64,000 bases of DNA, from assembly GCA_963717505.1 (NCBI GenBank), contig OY970342.1:2848001-2912000 (forward strand), in the 5' to 3' direction. Shown piece by piece: positions 10,720-20,713 of this stretch; the first letter of the stretch is position 1; each line of letters starts with the position of its first letter. Origin of the DNA: Candidatus Eiseniibacteriota bacterium. Its GTDB lineage: Bacteria > Eisenbacteria > RBG-16-71-46. Position numbers and translations under genes: made by a program. The notes beneath the pieces are model-generated. The model was not told where the DNA came from. It saw nothing but the letters and a program-made list of their open reading frames with translations, and did no database searches.

Positions 10720-10768
10720 GGCGGGAGTATCGGCAAGGGCGGTGACCCAGGTTCACTCGGAATCCCAG

Positions 10769-12436
10769 CTACTCGAGCCGCACGAATCTCCCCGTGGCGA
10801 CCGCGATGCCGTCGACCGAGAGGCGCGCCAGGTAGACGCCAGCCGGGGCGAGCTGACTCCGATGGTCCATCGCGTCCCAACTCGCGGAACCGGCCCCTGC
10901 GCCCAGGCGATCCGCGAGCAGGCGCCGGACCAGCCGGCCCTCGATGTCGAAGATCTCGAGGACGACGCGCCCCGGTCGAGGGAGTTCGAAGCGAAGCAAT
11001 GTCGTGCGGCTGGCCGGATTCGGCAAGGCCGGGTGCAGTCGTGCCGAGGTGGGAACCACCGCACCATTGACGGCGACCACCGGCGCCTCCACCAGCACTT
11101 CCTCGGTGAAGATGCTCTCGTTGTAGTTGTCGTCGTACGCCGACACGCTCACCTGGATCGGGAGCGAATGCGCGATGGAATCGAGCACATGCTCCTGCAC
11201 CGGCCCCGGATCCAAGCCGACGTCGCGGATGTCGAAGTAGTAGACGCTGTCTGCGGCCGTATCACGAAGAGCGACGCGGTAGCCCGCGAGGTCCGGCGAG
11301 TTCAACAGGCTCGGCCAGGTGAGCCGGATCGAGGTTGGCGACCGCGCCTGCACCGTGGGGCGCGACGGCGACTCAGGGGCGAGTGCCAGGTTCGCGATCC
11401 CCGCCAGGTTCACTTTCGCGACCCGCGCGACGTAGCCGGGATCGGTGTCGGCCGCGACATCGAGCGCGTTGTGCTGGCGCCCACTGTTCGCGCTTCCCGT
11501 GTAGTACTCGTTCGCTTCGGTCAGACGGGCAGCCGCCCAGCCGCGCGCATCGAAGGCCATGTGGTCGCCGCCGCGGTTCGGGCGATCGCGCGCCGGGATC
11601 AGGTCGACCGTGAAATCCGGCACGTAGCGGGCCGCATTGAGTTTGATCGCGCGCGCGAGCTGCCGGTGGATCGAGTGCGGCGGTCCGGCCGAGAAGTGGC
11701 GGACGCGCAGGCTGTCGATGATCGTAGCGGCACCCGCGGGGCAGGCGGGGTTTGCGCAGCCGGCGACGTTGCCGACGACGTCGTTCGAGATCATGCCGTC
11801 GATGCGCATGCCCTGCGCAGCGGCCCATGCGGCGTAGGCCTTGCTGCCGACCAGCCCCTGCTCCTCGCCGGTGAAGGCCGTGAGGATCACTCCGGCGTCG
11901 AATCGAGCCCGACTCATCACCCGCGCCAGCTCGATGGTAATCGCGGTGCCGCTGCCATCGTCGTTGGCCCCCGGAGCGAACGAAGTGTCGTCGCATGTCG
12001 ACGTCGTGCGGCTGTCCATGTGCGCACCCACGACGAACCAGCGGGCCGGACTGCCGTCGCCCGGCAAAGTGGCGACCACGTTCTTGTGCCGGCCTATTCG
12101 CCCGCAGACCGTCGAATCGAACGTGAAGAAGGTCGGCTCGATCCGCCGATCCGGATCGGCGGCGAATGCGAGGAACCGGGAGTAGATCCAGTTGCGCGCG
12201 GCGCCGATGCCGTGGGTTGCCGACGAGGTATCCGAATTTGTGTGTCGGGTATGAAACGATTCGAGAGTCTCGATCGAGGTTCGCAACTCATCGGCCGAGA
12301 TCGCATCGACCATCTGCTGGACCGTCGGATTGGGCGGGAGCGCAGCAGGCGCCGACCAGGAGGTAACCGGCCTCGATAGGGACAAGGCGAGGAGCCCCGC
12401 CGCGGCGAGCGGGTGGAAGGCCGCGAGTCGGAGCAT
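10769..12436 (-). CDS. Secreted M28-family metallopeptidase with C-terminal FlgD-Ig/CTD domain
   Basis: GAHMDS, GANDDGSG, GEEQGL and GGDH motifs; PNP...GVYLARL C-terminus; start chosen at the signal peptide. Confidence 0.88.
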   Translation of the reverse strand: MLRLAAFHPLAAAGLLALSLSRPVTSWSAPAALPPNPTVQQMVDAISADELRTSIETLESFHTRHTNSDTSSATHGIGAARNWIYSRFLAFAADPDRRIEPTFFTFDSTVCGRIGRHKNVVATLPGDGSPARWFVVGAHMDSRTTSTCDDTSFAPGANDDGSGTAITIELARVMSRARFDAGVILTAFTGEEQGLVGSKAYAAWAAAQGMRIDGMISNDVVGNVAGCANPACPAGAATIIDSLRVRHFSAGPPHSIHRQLARAIKLNAARYVPDFTVDLIPARDRPNRGGDHMAFDARGWAAARLTEANEYYTGSANSGRQHNALDVAADTDPGYVARVAKVNLAGIANLALAPESPSRPTVQARSPTSIRLTWPSLLNSPDLAGYRVALRDTAADSVYYFDIRDVGLDPGPVQEHVLDSIAHSLPIQVSVSAYDDNYNESIFTEEVLVEAPVVAVNGAVVPTSARLHPALPNPASRTTLLRFELPRPGRVVLEIFDIEGRLVRRLLADRLGAGAGSASWDAMDHRSQLAPAGVYLARLSVDGIAVATGRFVRLE

Positions 12437-12485
12437 GCGACCGGCAGAATCAACGATCGGGCGGCGTGGAGCAAATGAAGCCGGG

Positions 12486-12785
12486 TTACTTCGCGCGGAA
12501 CCTGCGAACCATCCCGATGAGCCGCCAGGCCTCGAGTCCGCCCCAGAACCAGTGGATGATCTGACGGGGGCGGATGGCCGCAAGCGCAACCGCGGCCACG
12601 CTGAATCCGACCGCAACAATGCCCGCGCTCCGCTTCAGACTTCGGACGAACGCCAGGCCCCAATCGACGACCTCGAGCGGTTTTTGCCAGCGCCCAAACA
12701 GGGCCGCCAGCTCATCTCGCTCGCCGGCAGCGCGTTCCACGAGGCGAGCCCGACGCGCCAGATTCTCGTTTCGACCTCCGCTCAC
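12486..12785 (-). CDS. YqjK-like protein
   Basis: RRARLVERAAGER...; third gene of the DUF883-YqjE-YqjK arrangement. Confidence 0.7.
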   Translation of the reverse strand: MSGGRNENLARRARLVERAAGERDELAALFGRWQKPLEVVDWGLAFVRSLKRSAGIVAVGFSVAAVALAAIRPRQIIHWFWGGLEAWRLIGMVRRFRAK

Positions 12786-13177
12786 GGCTTGCCCGCCAGT
12801 CGATCACGATCCTTGCGTAGTTCCGCGATGGTGGTCGCAAACATCGGCGGGCGGCTCTTGAGCCACGAGCGCAGCCAGAGGAGGCCGCCGCCGGCTGCCA
12901 GGAGCAGAACGAGAGCGGCAATGCCTATTGCGGCCAACCAGTGATCCCTGCCGATCACGAGGACGGCGAAGAGCACGGCGAGGAGGGTGCCGGCCTGGAG
13001 GAAGATGAGCACGGCGAACGCGACAACCAACGCCCGCGTGATGTTGAAGCGCTCTTCCGCGACCTCGGTCGACAGAATCTCGAGCCGGGTTTGCAGCACA
13101 CGCAGCACGCTGCCGACCAGCCGGCGCAGCGAACCCGCCAGTCCCTCGTCCGGGCGAGACTCCGAGTCCTGGCTCAT
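12782..13177 (-). CDS. YqjE-like putative holin-family membrane protein
   Basis: TRLEILSTE, two TM helices, F.TT.AEL.KD ending. Confidence 0.82.
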   Translation of the reverse strand: MSQDSESRPDEGLAGSLRRLVGSVLRVLQTRLEILSTEVAEERFNITRALVVAFAVLIFLQAGTLLAVLFAVLVIGRDHWLAAIGIAALVLLLAAGGGLLWLRSWLKSRPPMFATTIAELRKDRDRLAGKP

Positions 13178-13183
13178 CGTTCG

Positions 13184-13489
13184 CTAGCGTCTGGAAACCA
13201 GAACTCCGACCAACAACCCGGCGACCGCGGCGATGCCGACGGCGCCCCAAGGGTGCTCGTGCACATAGTCGTCGGCGGCCTTGGCCGCGTCCTTGGCGTG
13301 GCCCACCACGTCGAGGTTGGCCAGCTTTTCTTTGGCGGCGCGCAGGGTTTCCTCGGCGCGCGCACGCGCAGCACTCGCGCGCTCGCCTGCGGCGCCGGCA
13401 GTGGCCTTCAACAGTTCTTCCGCATCGTCGATGACCGCCTTGAGGTCGGTCATGAGTTGGTCGCGGGCTTCGGCTGTGGATTGAGGCAT
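13184..13489 (-). CDS. DUF883/ElaB/YqjD-family tail-anchored protein
   Basis: DAEELLKATA and DDYVHEHPWGAVGIAAVAGLLVGVLVSRR; AAGGAG SD. Confidence 0.92.
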   Translation of the reverse strand: MPQSTAEARDQLMTDLKAVIDDAEELLKATAGAAGERASAARARAEETLRAAKEKLANLDVVGHAKDAAKAADDYVHEHPWGAVGIAAVAGLLVGVLVSRR

Positions 13490-13683
13490 GGTCGGCGCTC
13501 CTTGGGCCGGGGTCGAACTCGGGGTTGATTGGGACCGCATGATGTCGCCGAGGGCGCCCGACCGCAAGCCGCGTTCGCGAACACCTCGCGGGCGCCGAAT
13601 TGATCCTCAGAGGTCGCGACGTTTCCGGGCTGACGGCGACGCAACGTTCCGCTCGCTGACAGCGCGCTTCTGACGAACCAGGA

Positions 13684-14775
13684 CTACCGGCGTGAGAGCG
13701 TCTCGACGCTGTCCCACACCGCGAGCGCCGGCTTGGGTACCAGGTCGTCGTCGACCAGCCCGCAGGTCGCGAACAACGGCAGGATCGACCCTGGCGGCAG
13801 GGGCACGCCGGTCAGGTCGAGATCGGTGAAGGTGAGCTGGAACACGCCGATCGCGTTCGCAGCGTCGAGCATCGCCATCTGTCGCCGAATGTATCGCGCC
13901 TGTTCCACGGGCGACGACACGATGGTGTCCAGCGTCGCGGACGACCACCCGCCTTCGGTGACCATCACCGGCGTGCCACGGCCGGTCACGAGCCGCGAGT
14001 AGTAGTCGAGCGGCAGGTTCTCCGGTTCCGCCCAGCCGGCCAGGTAGGGATAGGACGACAACCCCAGAACTTGAAGAAACGGGAAGTCAATGAAGTCCTG
14101 ATCCACACCTTGGAAGGGGGCGGGCGGCAGCCGACCCCACGCCGTCTCGACCTGCACGCTGGCGAACAGCGTCACTCCCGGATTGCGGGCGCGGACGTCG
14201 GCCGCTGCGTCGTTGGCCACCTGGCGAATCGCCGCGTAGAGCGCGGGCGACGACGCCACCCGAATCAAGTTGGTCTCGGCAACCGTTCCCAGCATGTCGG
14301 GCCTCAGGATCGAATCCGAGACCACGACGTAGCGGCGGAACAGCTGCTGGATCTCCGTCTCGGTCATGCTACGCCCGGCGTTGACCAGCGCGTCCGAGTC
14401 GCTGCCGCGGTTCAGACCGTTGCTGGGATCGATCAGCAGGACGAAGAAGTGCCCCTTGGCGCGGTAGTACTGGGCGAGCCCCAGATTCTCGCGCACCACC
14501 AGCGTTTCCGGCGGGACTCCGGCGAGCAGCGAATCCCACGGCGGCTCGTGATGCATGATGGCCTGGTCGGCGCGCAACGACCACATGTCGATCGCCGCGA
14601 TGGCCTGGAGCAGGTTGGCGCGCGGCGGGATTCCGGAGAACCCCATTCGGTAGCTCCGGCTCGGGGTGGCAGGACCGTTGGGCCCGTGCGAGGATCCGGA
14701 ACACCCGAGCGTGGCAGTTGCCAGGGCAAGGGAGAGCACTAGGAGGATTTGCGAACGGTGGGCGGCGGAGCGCAT
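13684..14775 (-). CDS. Lipoprotein, putative TIM-barrel glycoside hydrolase
   Basis: Lipobox TLGC; AETN acid/base-like, SSYPY, VMVTEGGW nucleophile-like and GL...KPAL.W motifs typical of clan GH-A. Confidence 0.65.
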   Translation of the reverse strand: MRSAAHRSQILLVLSLALATATLGCSGSSHGPNGPATPSRSYRMGFSGIPPRANLLQAIAAIDMWSLRADQAIMHHEPPWDSLLAGVPPETLVVRENLGLAQYYRAKGHFFVLLIDPSNGLNRGSDSDALVNAGRSMTETEIQQLFRRYVVVSDSILRPDMLGTVAETNLIRVASSPALYAAIRQVANDAAADVRARNPGVTLFASVQVETAWGRLPPAPFQGVDQDFIDFPFLQVLGLSSYPYLAGWAEPENLPLDYYSRLVTGRGTPVMVTEGGWSSATLDTIVSSPVEQARYIRRQMAMLDAANAIGVFQLTFTDLDLTGVPLPPGSILPLFATCGLVDDDLVPKPALAVWDSVETLSRR

Positions 14776-16404
14776 GGCGCGATTATCGACGAAACGCGGA
14801 CGCACGTTGAGCCGCGCGTCGGCAATCGCGCTCGCCGGGGGCGGGCAACCGGGCCAGTCGCCGCTGCCTTGGCGGCGGTGGCGATGCTGCCGATCGTGAG
14901 TCACGCGCGACCTTTCGCCGCGGGCAACGCCACGCCTGCCGCAACGCGTCGCGTGGTGGTTCGCGACAGCACGTCCGCCTTCGTGGCGAACGAAATCGGA
15001 CTTCGTCTGTCCAACCTGGGATCGTTCGTCTCGATGGGAGGGGACGGGAGCGGTGGGTTCGACTGGCCACGCGGGAGCGGACGCCAGGGGATCTTCACCG
15101 CGGGACTGTGGATCGCCGGCCGGGTCACCGGCGACACGCTGGTGACCGTCGCCGAGTATTCCAATGAGTACGCCGCTGGTCCGCTGAACGCTTCAGGGCT
15201 ACCTGTGGATCCGACCGAGTCAGACCCTGCCCATCACGTGTACTCGATCCGAATCTGCGACGATGCCGCCAGCAACCCGGATTGGGCGGCGTGGCCCGCG
15301 GCGCTCGGGGCGCCCGTGGACGGTTCGGGTGCGCCCCGCCTGATGGGCGATCAAACGCTCTGGTGCGTCTACAACGACGCGGTCGCCGCCCGACACGGCA
15401 ACCCGGTGGGAGGCACGGCACCACTCGGCGTCGAGGTTCGCCAGACGGCGTTCGGGTTTCATCGGGGCGGCAATCTGGAACGCTTCGTGTACCTGACGTT
15501 CGACATCCTGAACCACGGCGCCAACCTCATCGACAGCGCTTATGTCGGGCTCTGGGTCGACGTCGAGCTGGGCGGTTTCACGGACGACCTCGTGGGCTGC
15601 GACACGACGCTCGACCTCGGCTTCGTGTACAACGCAGGCGCGAACGATCTAGTCTATGGCGCGCATCCCCCCGCATTGGGGTGCGCCGTGCTGCAAGGTC
15701 CGATCGTCGCCGGCGACACGCTGCGCATGACCAGCTTCGGGCGACTCCTCAAGAACTACAACGAGCCAATGAACCCAGGAATGGCGTACCGAAGACTCGC
15801 CCGAGGCTTGCCCGACCCGCACCTGCCGCCGCCTTTCCCCTGTGATGCGCCGAGTACCCGGTACGAGGTAAGCGGAGATCCGGTGACCGCGACCGGTTGC
15901 CGCGACACCATTCCCGCGGATCGCCGCATGATGCTCGGCTGTGGGCCGTTCGCGCTGGCCCCGGGCGACAGCCAGCGGGTGGTCGCGTTGCTGGCGGTCG
16001 GCGGACTCAACGACCAAGGTGATCGGCTTTCGAATCTGACGCTGCTGCGCGCGACCGTGAGCGAAGCGCGGGATCACTACTTCGGCGGATTCGCCGCCGT
16101 GCCGCCGGCTCCCGACTGCAGTGCGACCCTGGAGTTGCTGGCGCCTCGCCCCAACCCGGCAGGGAACGTGCAACGCTTCGACTTCGTCGTGCCGGTGGGC
16201 GTGACCCAGGTCCGCGCTGCGATCCACGACCTCGCCGGCCGCAAAGTCTGGAGTCGCAGGTTCGACGGACTGGCGCCCGGGGCCCAGTTCTTCGTCTGGG
16301 ACGGGACTTCGAACGACGGCGAGTCGCTGCCGGCGGGCGTCTACTTCGTGCGACTGGAGGACGGTCGCGGCGAGAGCACGGGTCGCACGGTGCGACTGAG
16401 ATGA
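14758..16404 (+). CDS. Secreted protein with C-terminal FlgD-Ig/CTD domain
   Basis: GDQTLWCVYND, PLGVEVRQTAF, DDLVGCD and DRRMML.GPF.LAPGD motifs; PNP..WDG..GVYF C-terminus; start uncertain (GTG 11 nt after AGGAGG). Confidence 0.75.
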   Translation: MGGGAHGAIIDETRTHVEPRVGNRARRGRATGPVAAALAAVAMLPIVSHARPFAAGNATPAATRRVVVRDSTSAFVANEIGLRLSNLGSFVSMGGDGSGGFDWPRGSGRQGIFTAGLWIAGRVTGDTLVTVAEYSNEYAAGPLNASGLPVDPTESDPAHHVYSIRICDDAASNPDWAAWPAALGAPVDGSGAPRLMGDQTLWCVYNDAVAARHGNPVGGTAPLGVEVRQTAFGFHRGGNLERFVYLTFDILNHGANLIDSAYVGLWVDVELGGFTDDLVGCDTTLDLGFVYNAGANDLVYGAHPPALGCAVLQGPIVAGDTLRMTSFGRLLKNYNEPMNPGMAYRRLARGLPDPHLPPPFPCDAPSTRYEVSGDPVTATGCRDTIPADRRMMLGCGPFALAPGDSQRVVALLAVGGLNDQGDRLSNLTLLRATVSEARDHYFGGFAAVPPAPDCSATLELLAPRPNPAGNVQRFDFVVPVGVTQVRAAIHDLAGRKVWSRRFDGLAPGAQFFVWDGTSNDGESLPAGVYFVRLEDGRGESTGRTVRLR

Positions 16405-16413
16405 GGCGGGCAC

Positions 16414-18789
16414 GTGGCTGACCGGACCCAGGACAAGGCACCCAAGAGTCCGCTGCGCGCCTTCTCCAACTGGTTCAAACGCGCAGAGACGGCTCCGGAA
16501 GCCACCGCAAACCTGGTAAGGCGCATCGGCCACTACGTGGTTACCGGCAAGCTGGGGGAAGGCGGCATGGGCGTCGTCTATTCCGCCCGCGACGAACGGC
16601 TCGAGCGCACGGTCGCCCTCAAGATGATGTCGTCGCTGCGCGGCGACGAAAACGCGCGCAAGCGCTTCTGGCGCGAAGCGCGGGCGGCCGCCAGCGTGAA
16701 CCATCCGAACGTCTGTCAGCTCTACGACGTTGGTGAAGTCGACGGCGAGCCGTACATCGCGATGGAACTGCTGGAAGGGGAGGCGCTGGCCGCCCGCCTG
16801 AGTCGCGGCCCGCTGAGCGTGTCCGACGCCCTGCCCATCACCTTCGGAATCCTCGCCGCGCTTTCCGCCCTCCATGCACGCGGCATCATTCACCGCGACC
16901 TCAAGCCCTCGAACGTGTTCCTGACCCCGCACGGCGTCAAGCTGCTCGACTTCGGCCTCGCGAGGACCAGCGACCCGGACCTGACGCGATCCATCGGCTC
17001 GGTCACCAACCTGACCACCGCCGGCATCGTGCTCGGCACACCTCGCTACATGGCGCCCGAACAGGTGACGGCGGGCTCGGTCGACGGCCGCAGCGATCTG
17101 TTTGCGACCGGTGCGATTCTGTTCGAGATGCTGGCCGGCCGCCCCGCCTTCACGGGCAACAACGTGGTCGAGATCCTCCACGCCACGCTCCACGACCATC
17201 CGCCTGCACTCACCGGCTCGCCCGCGGTGGCGGCGGTCGACCGGGTGATTCGCCGCGCACTCGCCAAACGCCCGGCCGAGCGCCCGGCGACGGCCGACGC
17301 GATGGCCGAAGAGCTGCGCTCGGTGAGCGTGGACTCGAGCGAGGAGACGACGACCCTGGCTCGCGCGCTGACGCGTCTGGTGGTGTTGCCGTTCCGCGTC
17401 CTGCGCCCGGATCCCGAGACCGACTTCCTGGCCTTCAGCCTGCCGGACGCGATCGCGACGTCGTTGTCGCGCTTCAATTCGCTGATCGTGCGTTCGGCGG
17501 CGGCCGCCGCGCGGTTCGGCGGCGAGACGCCGGATCTCAAAGCGCTGGCGACCGAAGCCGATGTCGACCGGGTCGTGCTCGGCACCTTGCTGCGGTCGGG
17601 CGACCAACTACGCGCCACCGCGCAGCTGATCGAGGCGCCGGGGGGGACCTTGCTCGCGTCCCACGCCGTGACGTCGTCGCTCGGCGATTTGTTTCGGCTG
17701 CAAGACGACATCGCGCACCGCGTGGTCGACGCGATGGCGCTGCCGCTGTGGGGTGGCACGTCGGCGCCGACTCCGACCCCCGACGCCCCGCACGACGCGC
17801 GCGCGTATCAACTCTACCTGCGCGCCAACGACCTGGCGCGTTCCTACGACCGACTCAACGATGCGCGTGTGCTCTACGAGCAGTGCCTCGAATTGGATCC
17901 GCGATTCGCCCCAGCGTGGGCGCAGCTCGGTCGCTGCCATCGGGTCATCGGGAAGTTCGTCGATGATCGCGAAGGGAGCACGGCCAAGGCGGAGGACGCC
18001 TTCCGGCGCGCACTCGAGCTGAGCCCCCGTCTTTCGCTGGCGCACAAGTTCTATGCGGCGCACGAAGCGGACACCGGCCACTCGGACCGCGCGCTTACGC
18101 GCCTGCTGGACGTGGTCCGCCGTCACGGCAACGATCCCGAGCTGTTCGCGGGGCTGGTGCACTCGTGCCGCTACTGCGGGTTGCTCGATCAGTCGATTGC
18201 GGCGCATCACGAGGCGCGGCGACTCGATCCCAACGTGCCGACCAGTTTCGATCAGACCCTGCTGATGACCTGCGACTTCGACCGGCTGCTGGCCGCCGAG
18301 CAACAGCCGACCCTGGTCGGCGGTGACGAAGTCATTCGCGTGATCGCCCATGGACTTGCCGGCCGTCTGGACCAGGCCCGGCACGGACTGACCACCATGC
18401 GCCAGACGTCGCGCATTCCCGCATTTCGGCCGTGGATCGATTTCCTGCGCGCGTGGCTCGACCGGCGCCCGGAAGAGATGAGGGTGCAACGAGCAGCACT
18501 CGGCACGCTCAAGGTCATGGACGACCCCGAGGCGATCTTCCAGGAAGCCTGGCTCTTCTGCGACGCCGGTGATCACGAGCGCGGCCTGCCACTGCTCGAA
18601 AAGGCGATTGCGCGCGGTTACTTCGTGACGACGACGCTGACCCGCGGCACTGCGTTCGACGCGATCCGGGACGTTCCGGTGTTCCAGGGGGTTCTCGCGG
18701 ACGCCCAGGCGGGCCGACAACGGACGCTCGCGGCGTTCCGCGAGCACGGTGGCGAGCGCCTACTCGGCCTCGGACTCGACCGCGGATAG
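16414..18789 (+). CDS. Cytoplasmic Hanks-type Ser/Thr kinase with TolB_N-like and TPR domains
   Basis: LGEGGMG, VALK, HRDLKPSN, DFG, GTPRYMAPEQ; LVVLPF; TPRs; no TM segment. Confidence 0.93.
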   Translation: MADRTQDKAPKSPLRAFSNWFKRAETAPEATANLVRRIGHYVVTGKLGEGGMGVVYSARDERLERTVALKMMSSLRGDENARKRFWREARAAASVNHPNVCQLYDVGEVDGEPYIAMELLEGEALAARLSRGPLSVSDALPITFGILAALSALHARGIIHRDLKPSNVFLTPHGVKLLDFGLARTSDPDLTRSIGSVTNLTTAGIVLGTPRYMAPEQVTAGSVDGRSDLFATGAILFEMLAGRPAFTGNNVVEILHATLHDHPPALTGSPAVAAVDRVIRRALAKRPAERPATADAMAEELRSVSVDSSEETTTLARALTRLVVLPFRVLRPDPETDFLAFSLPDAIATSLSRFNSLIVRSAAAAARFGGETPDLKALATEADVDRVVLGTLLRSGDQLRATAQLIEAPGGTLLASHAVTSSLGDLFRLQDDIAHRVVDAMALPLWGGTSAPTPTPDAPHDARAYQLYLRANDLARSYDRLNDARVLYEQCLELDPRFAPAWAQLGRCHRVIGKFVDDREGSTAKAEDAFRRALELSPRLSLAHKFYAAHEADTGHSDRALTRLLDVVRRHGNDPELFAGLVHSCRYCGLLDQSIAAHHEARRLDPNVPTSFDQTLLMTCDFDRLLAAEQQPTLVGGDEVIRVIAHGLAGRLDQARHGLTTMRQTSRIPAFRPWIDFLRAWLDRRPEEMRVQRAALGTLKVMDDPEAIFQEAWLFCDAGDHERGLPLLEKAIARGYFVTTTLTRGTAFDAIRDVPVFQGVLADAQAGRQRTLAAFREHGGERLLGLGLDRG

Positions 18790-18975
18790 GTGGTGGAGCG
18801 CAGCTCGCTCGCCGCGTATTCGCCAGTGCTGGCTAGACTTGGCAATTCCGGGGACATCCTTTTGTCATCCGCATGACAGCTAGCCTCGAGGCCGCCGGCA
18901 TTCTCCGCACCTCCTCGTCCAAGGAGCAGACGAGCGAGCCGATTGCCCCCGTGGAGTTCTCGCGACCTCGGGCTC

Positions 18976-19917
18976 ATGCGCATCTTCGGAGGGAATCCAT
19001 TGCGTCTGTTTCGGTCCATAGTGGTCGGCAGCGCGTTCTTGATCGTGAACGCAATGCCTGCCGGAGTATCCATCCTGTCCAACGCGTCATCGTCGACACG
19101 AGACGTGGTGGCCAGGGACTGGGCTCGTTCCGCCGTGGTGCCCATGCTCGGGATCAGCGGAAAACTCCGGGCCGTGATTGGACTGCCCGAAGTCCTGACC
19201 CAGGATTCAGCGATGGGCCGGATTCTGGCTCAGCTGCCGATCGGCGCACCGGGTGTACACCCACTGGGCCTGGACACGGAGGACGGAGGCTCGCTCGTCG
19301 TCGTATCGATGGAACGCTCGACACCAGGCATGTCGGCGACCCCGACCGGCTATCGGACCGGCCGCTGGCCCTCGAGAGGATTGCCGCCGGGGCGCGATTC
19401 GGTCTATGCCCCGCCCTCGGGATTCATACTGGTGACGATCGAGAACCAGGACACACCGGTCTCGAAGCAATTCCGCCTGCGTGATTTCCTCACCCACGAC
19501 CAGCAAGACGTCTGGCCCAAGGCGCTCGTCTTGCGCACGGCTCTGGTCGACAAGCTCGAGTTGATCAGCGAGGGGCTCGAGCGGCGCGGCCTGCCCAGTG
19601 CCCTGCACGTCGAGTCGGGCTTCCGGACACCGCAGTACAACGCGATCGGGGTCGGCGACCCGGGGGCGACCCACAGTCGTCACATGTACGGCGATGCGGC
19701 CGACGTTTACGTCGATGCCGATCGTGACGGACGGATGGACGACCTGGACGGCGACGGTCGGACCACCGTGGCCGATGCGAAAGTGCTGCTCGCGGTCGCC
19801 GAGACCGTGGAAATCTCGCACCCTGAGCTCGTCGGAGGGCTCTCCGCCTATTCGACCAGCGCAGCCCACGGGGCCTATGTCCACGTGGACGCCCGGGGTG
19901 TGCGCGCGCGCTGGTAG
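18976..19917 (+). CDS. Peptidase M15A-family (D-Ala-D-Ala carboxypeptidase-like) protein
   Basis: SGFRTPQYN, SRHMYGDAAD and YVHVD zinc motifs; N-terminal hydrophobic segment; start uncertain. Confidence 0.82.
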   Translation: MRIFGGNPLRLFRSIVVGSAFLIVNAMPAGVSILSNASSSTRDVVARDWARSAVVPMLGISGKLRAVIGLPEVLTQDSAMGRILAQLPIGAPGVHPLGLDTEDGGSLVVVSMERSTPGMSATPTGYRTGRWPSRGLPPGRDSVYAPPSGFILVTIENQDTPVSKQFRLRDFLTHDQQDVWPKALVLRTALVDKLELISEGLERRGLPSALHVESGFRTPQYNAIGVGDPGATHSRHMYGDAADVYVDADRDGRMDDLDGDGRTTVADAKVLLAVAETVEISHPELVGGLSAYSTSAAHGAYVHVDARGVRARW

Positions 19918-19947
19918 GGCGCTTCGAGCGCGCCGGAACGTTCGGTT

Positions 19948-20202
19948 CTAGGCCCCGAACTGGCGCAGATGATGGTCGAAGTGCAGGTAGCCCCAGCGCA
20001 ACCACTCCGCTTCGGTCAGGGCTCCGAACAGCGGATGGGGTGGACGCGCGTTTCCTGCGGGCCCCGAGGTCACGTGCTCCAGTAGCGCCACCACCTGCGC
20101 GAGGTCGGCGGAGAACTCAACGGGCCGGGTGCCGCCGTGTTCCTGAGCGATCTCGGGCGACGAATCGATTCCAGGTGGCCAGGGAATCGGGACGAAGAAC
20201 AC
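19948..20202 (-). pseudogene. 5'-truncated DUF1569/DinB-like gene fragment
   Basis: PIPWPPG..., HPLFGALTEAEWLRWGYLHFDHHLRQFG is the C-terminal half only; no room for the N-terminal half before the neighbouring stop at 20222. Confidence 0.7.
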
Positions 20203-20221
20203 GGGGCGGCCGAAGCCGGCG

Positions 20222-20635
20222 TCAGCGGCGCGCGACGGGAATGACCAGCTTGAGCCCGCTCAGCCGCTCCGAGAACGCCATCACCTTGATGTCGACCAGC
20301 CCGTGCTCCAGCGCCGCGGCGCGAATCATGGTCTCGGTGATGTGCTTCTGGCCCTTCGGCCAGATCACCCAGATCGCGCCCTCGCGGCGGATGCTCTTCT
20401 GAAGCGTCGCGAGCCGGCGCAGAGCCGTCGAGTCTTCGACCGCGAACAGGATCGTGTCGGTGTTCGCGCGCGGCCGGCCCTCGGCGACGTCGTCGGTGCG
20501 GGCGCGCAACTCGCGGAGGAAGTCGGGCTCGTCCAGTCCGACCAGGGCGACGCGCGCGTCTTGCTTGATGCCCAGCTTCTCGATGCGCGGGCGCTTGGAG
20601 TAGCCGACGGTGGGCGCCTTGGATCTCGTCGTCAT
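20222..20635 (-). CDS. DUF3052-family protein
   Basis: GYS...KLGIK, GAIWVIWPK, GLVD.KV..FS...SGLKLV. Confidence 0.85.
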   Translation of the reverse strand: MTTRSKAPTVGYSKRPRIEKLGIKQDARVALVGLDEPDFLRELRARTDDVAEGRPRANTDTILFAVEDSTALRRLATLQKSIRREGAIWVIWPKGQKHITETMIRAAALEHGLVDIKVMAFSERLSGLKLVIPVARR

Positions 20636-20713
20636 GCTCGGATGTTAATGGACGCCTGATCGCTTCCCCAAGTCACGACCGCTCGGAGGCTGGTGTATTT
20701 GGAGTGTTCGCGT

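Noticed and set aside
12782-13177. Prophage suggested by a holin-family gene
   Set aside because: It is the ordinary ElaB-YqjE-YqjK operon; no phage genes are nearby.
20657-20712. GCTTCCCCAAGT...TCG (ASPxxxxS) as another att-like copy
   Set aside because: Lacks the TGGCGT core and the W-L-x-G-M segment; not distinguishable from chance.
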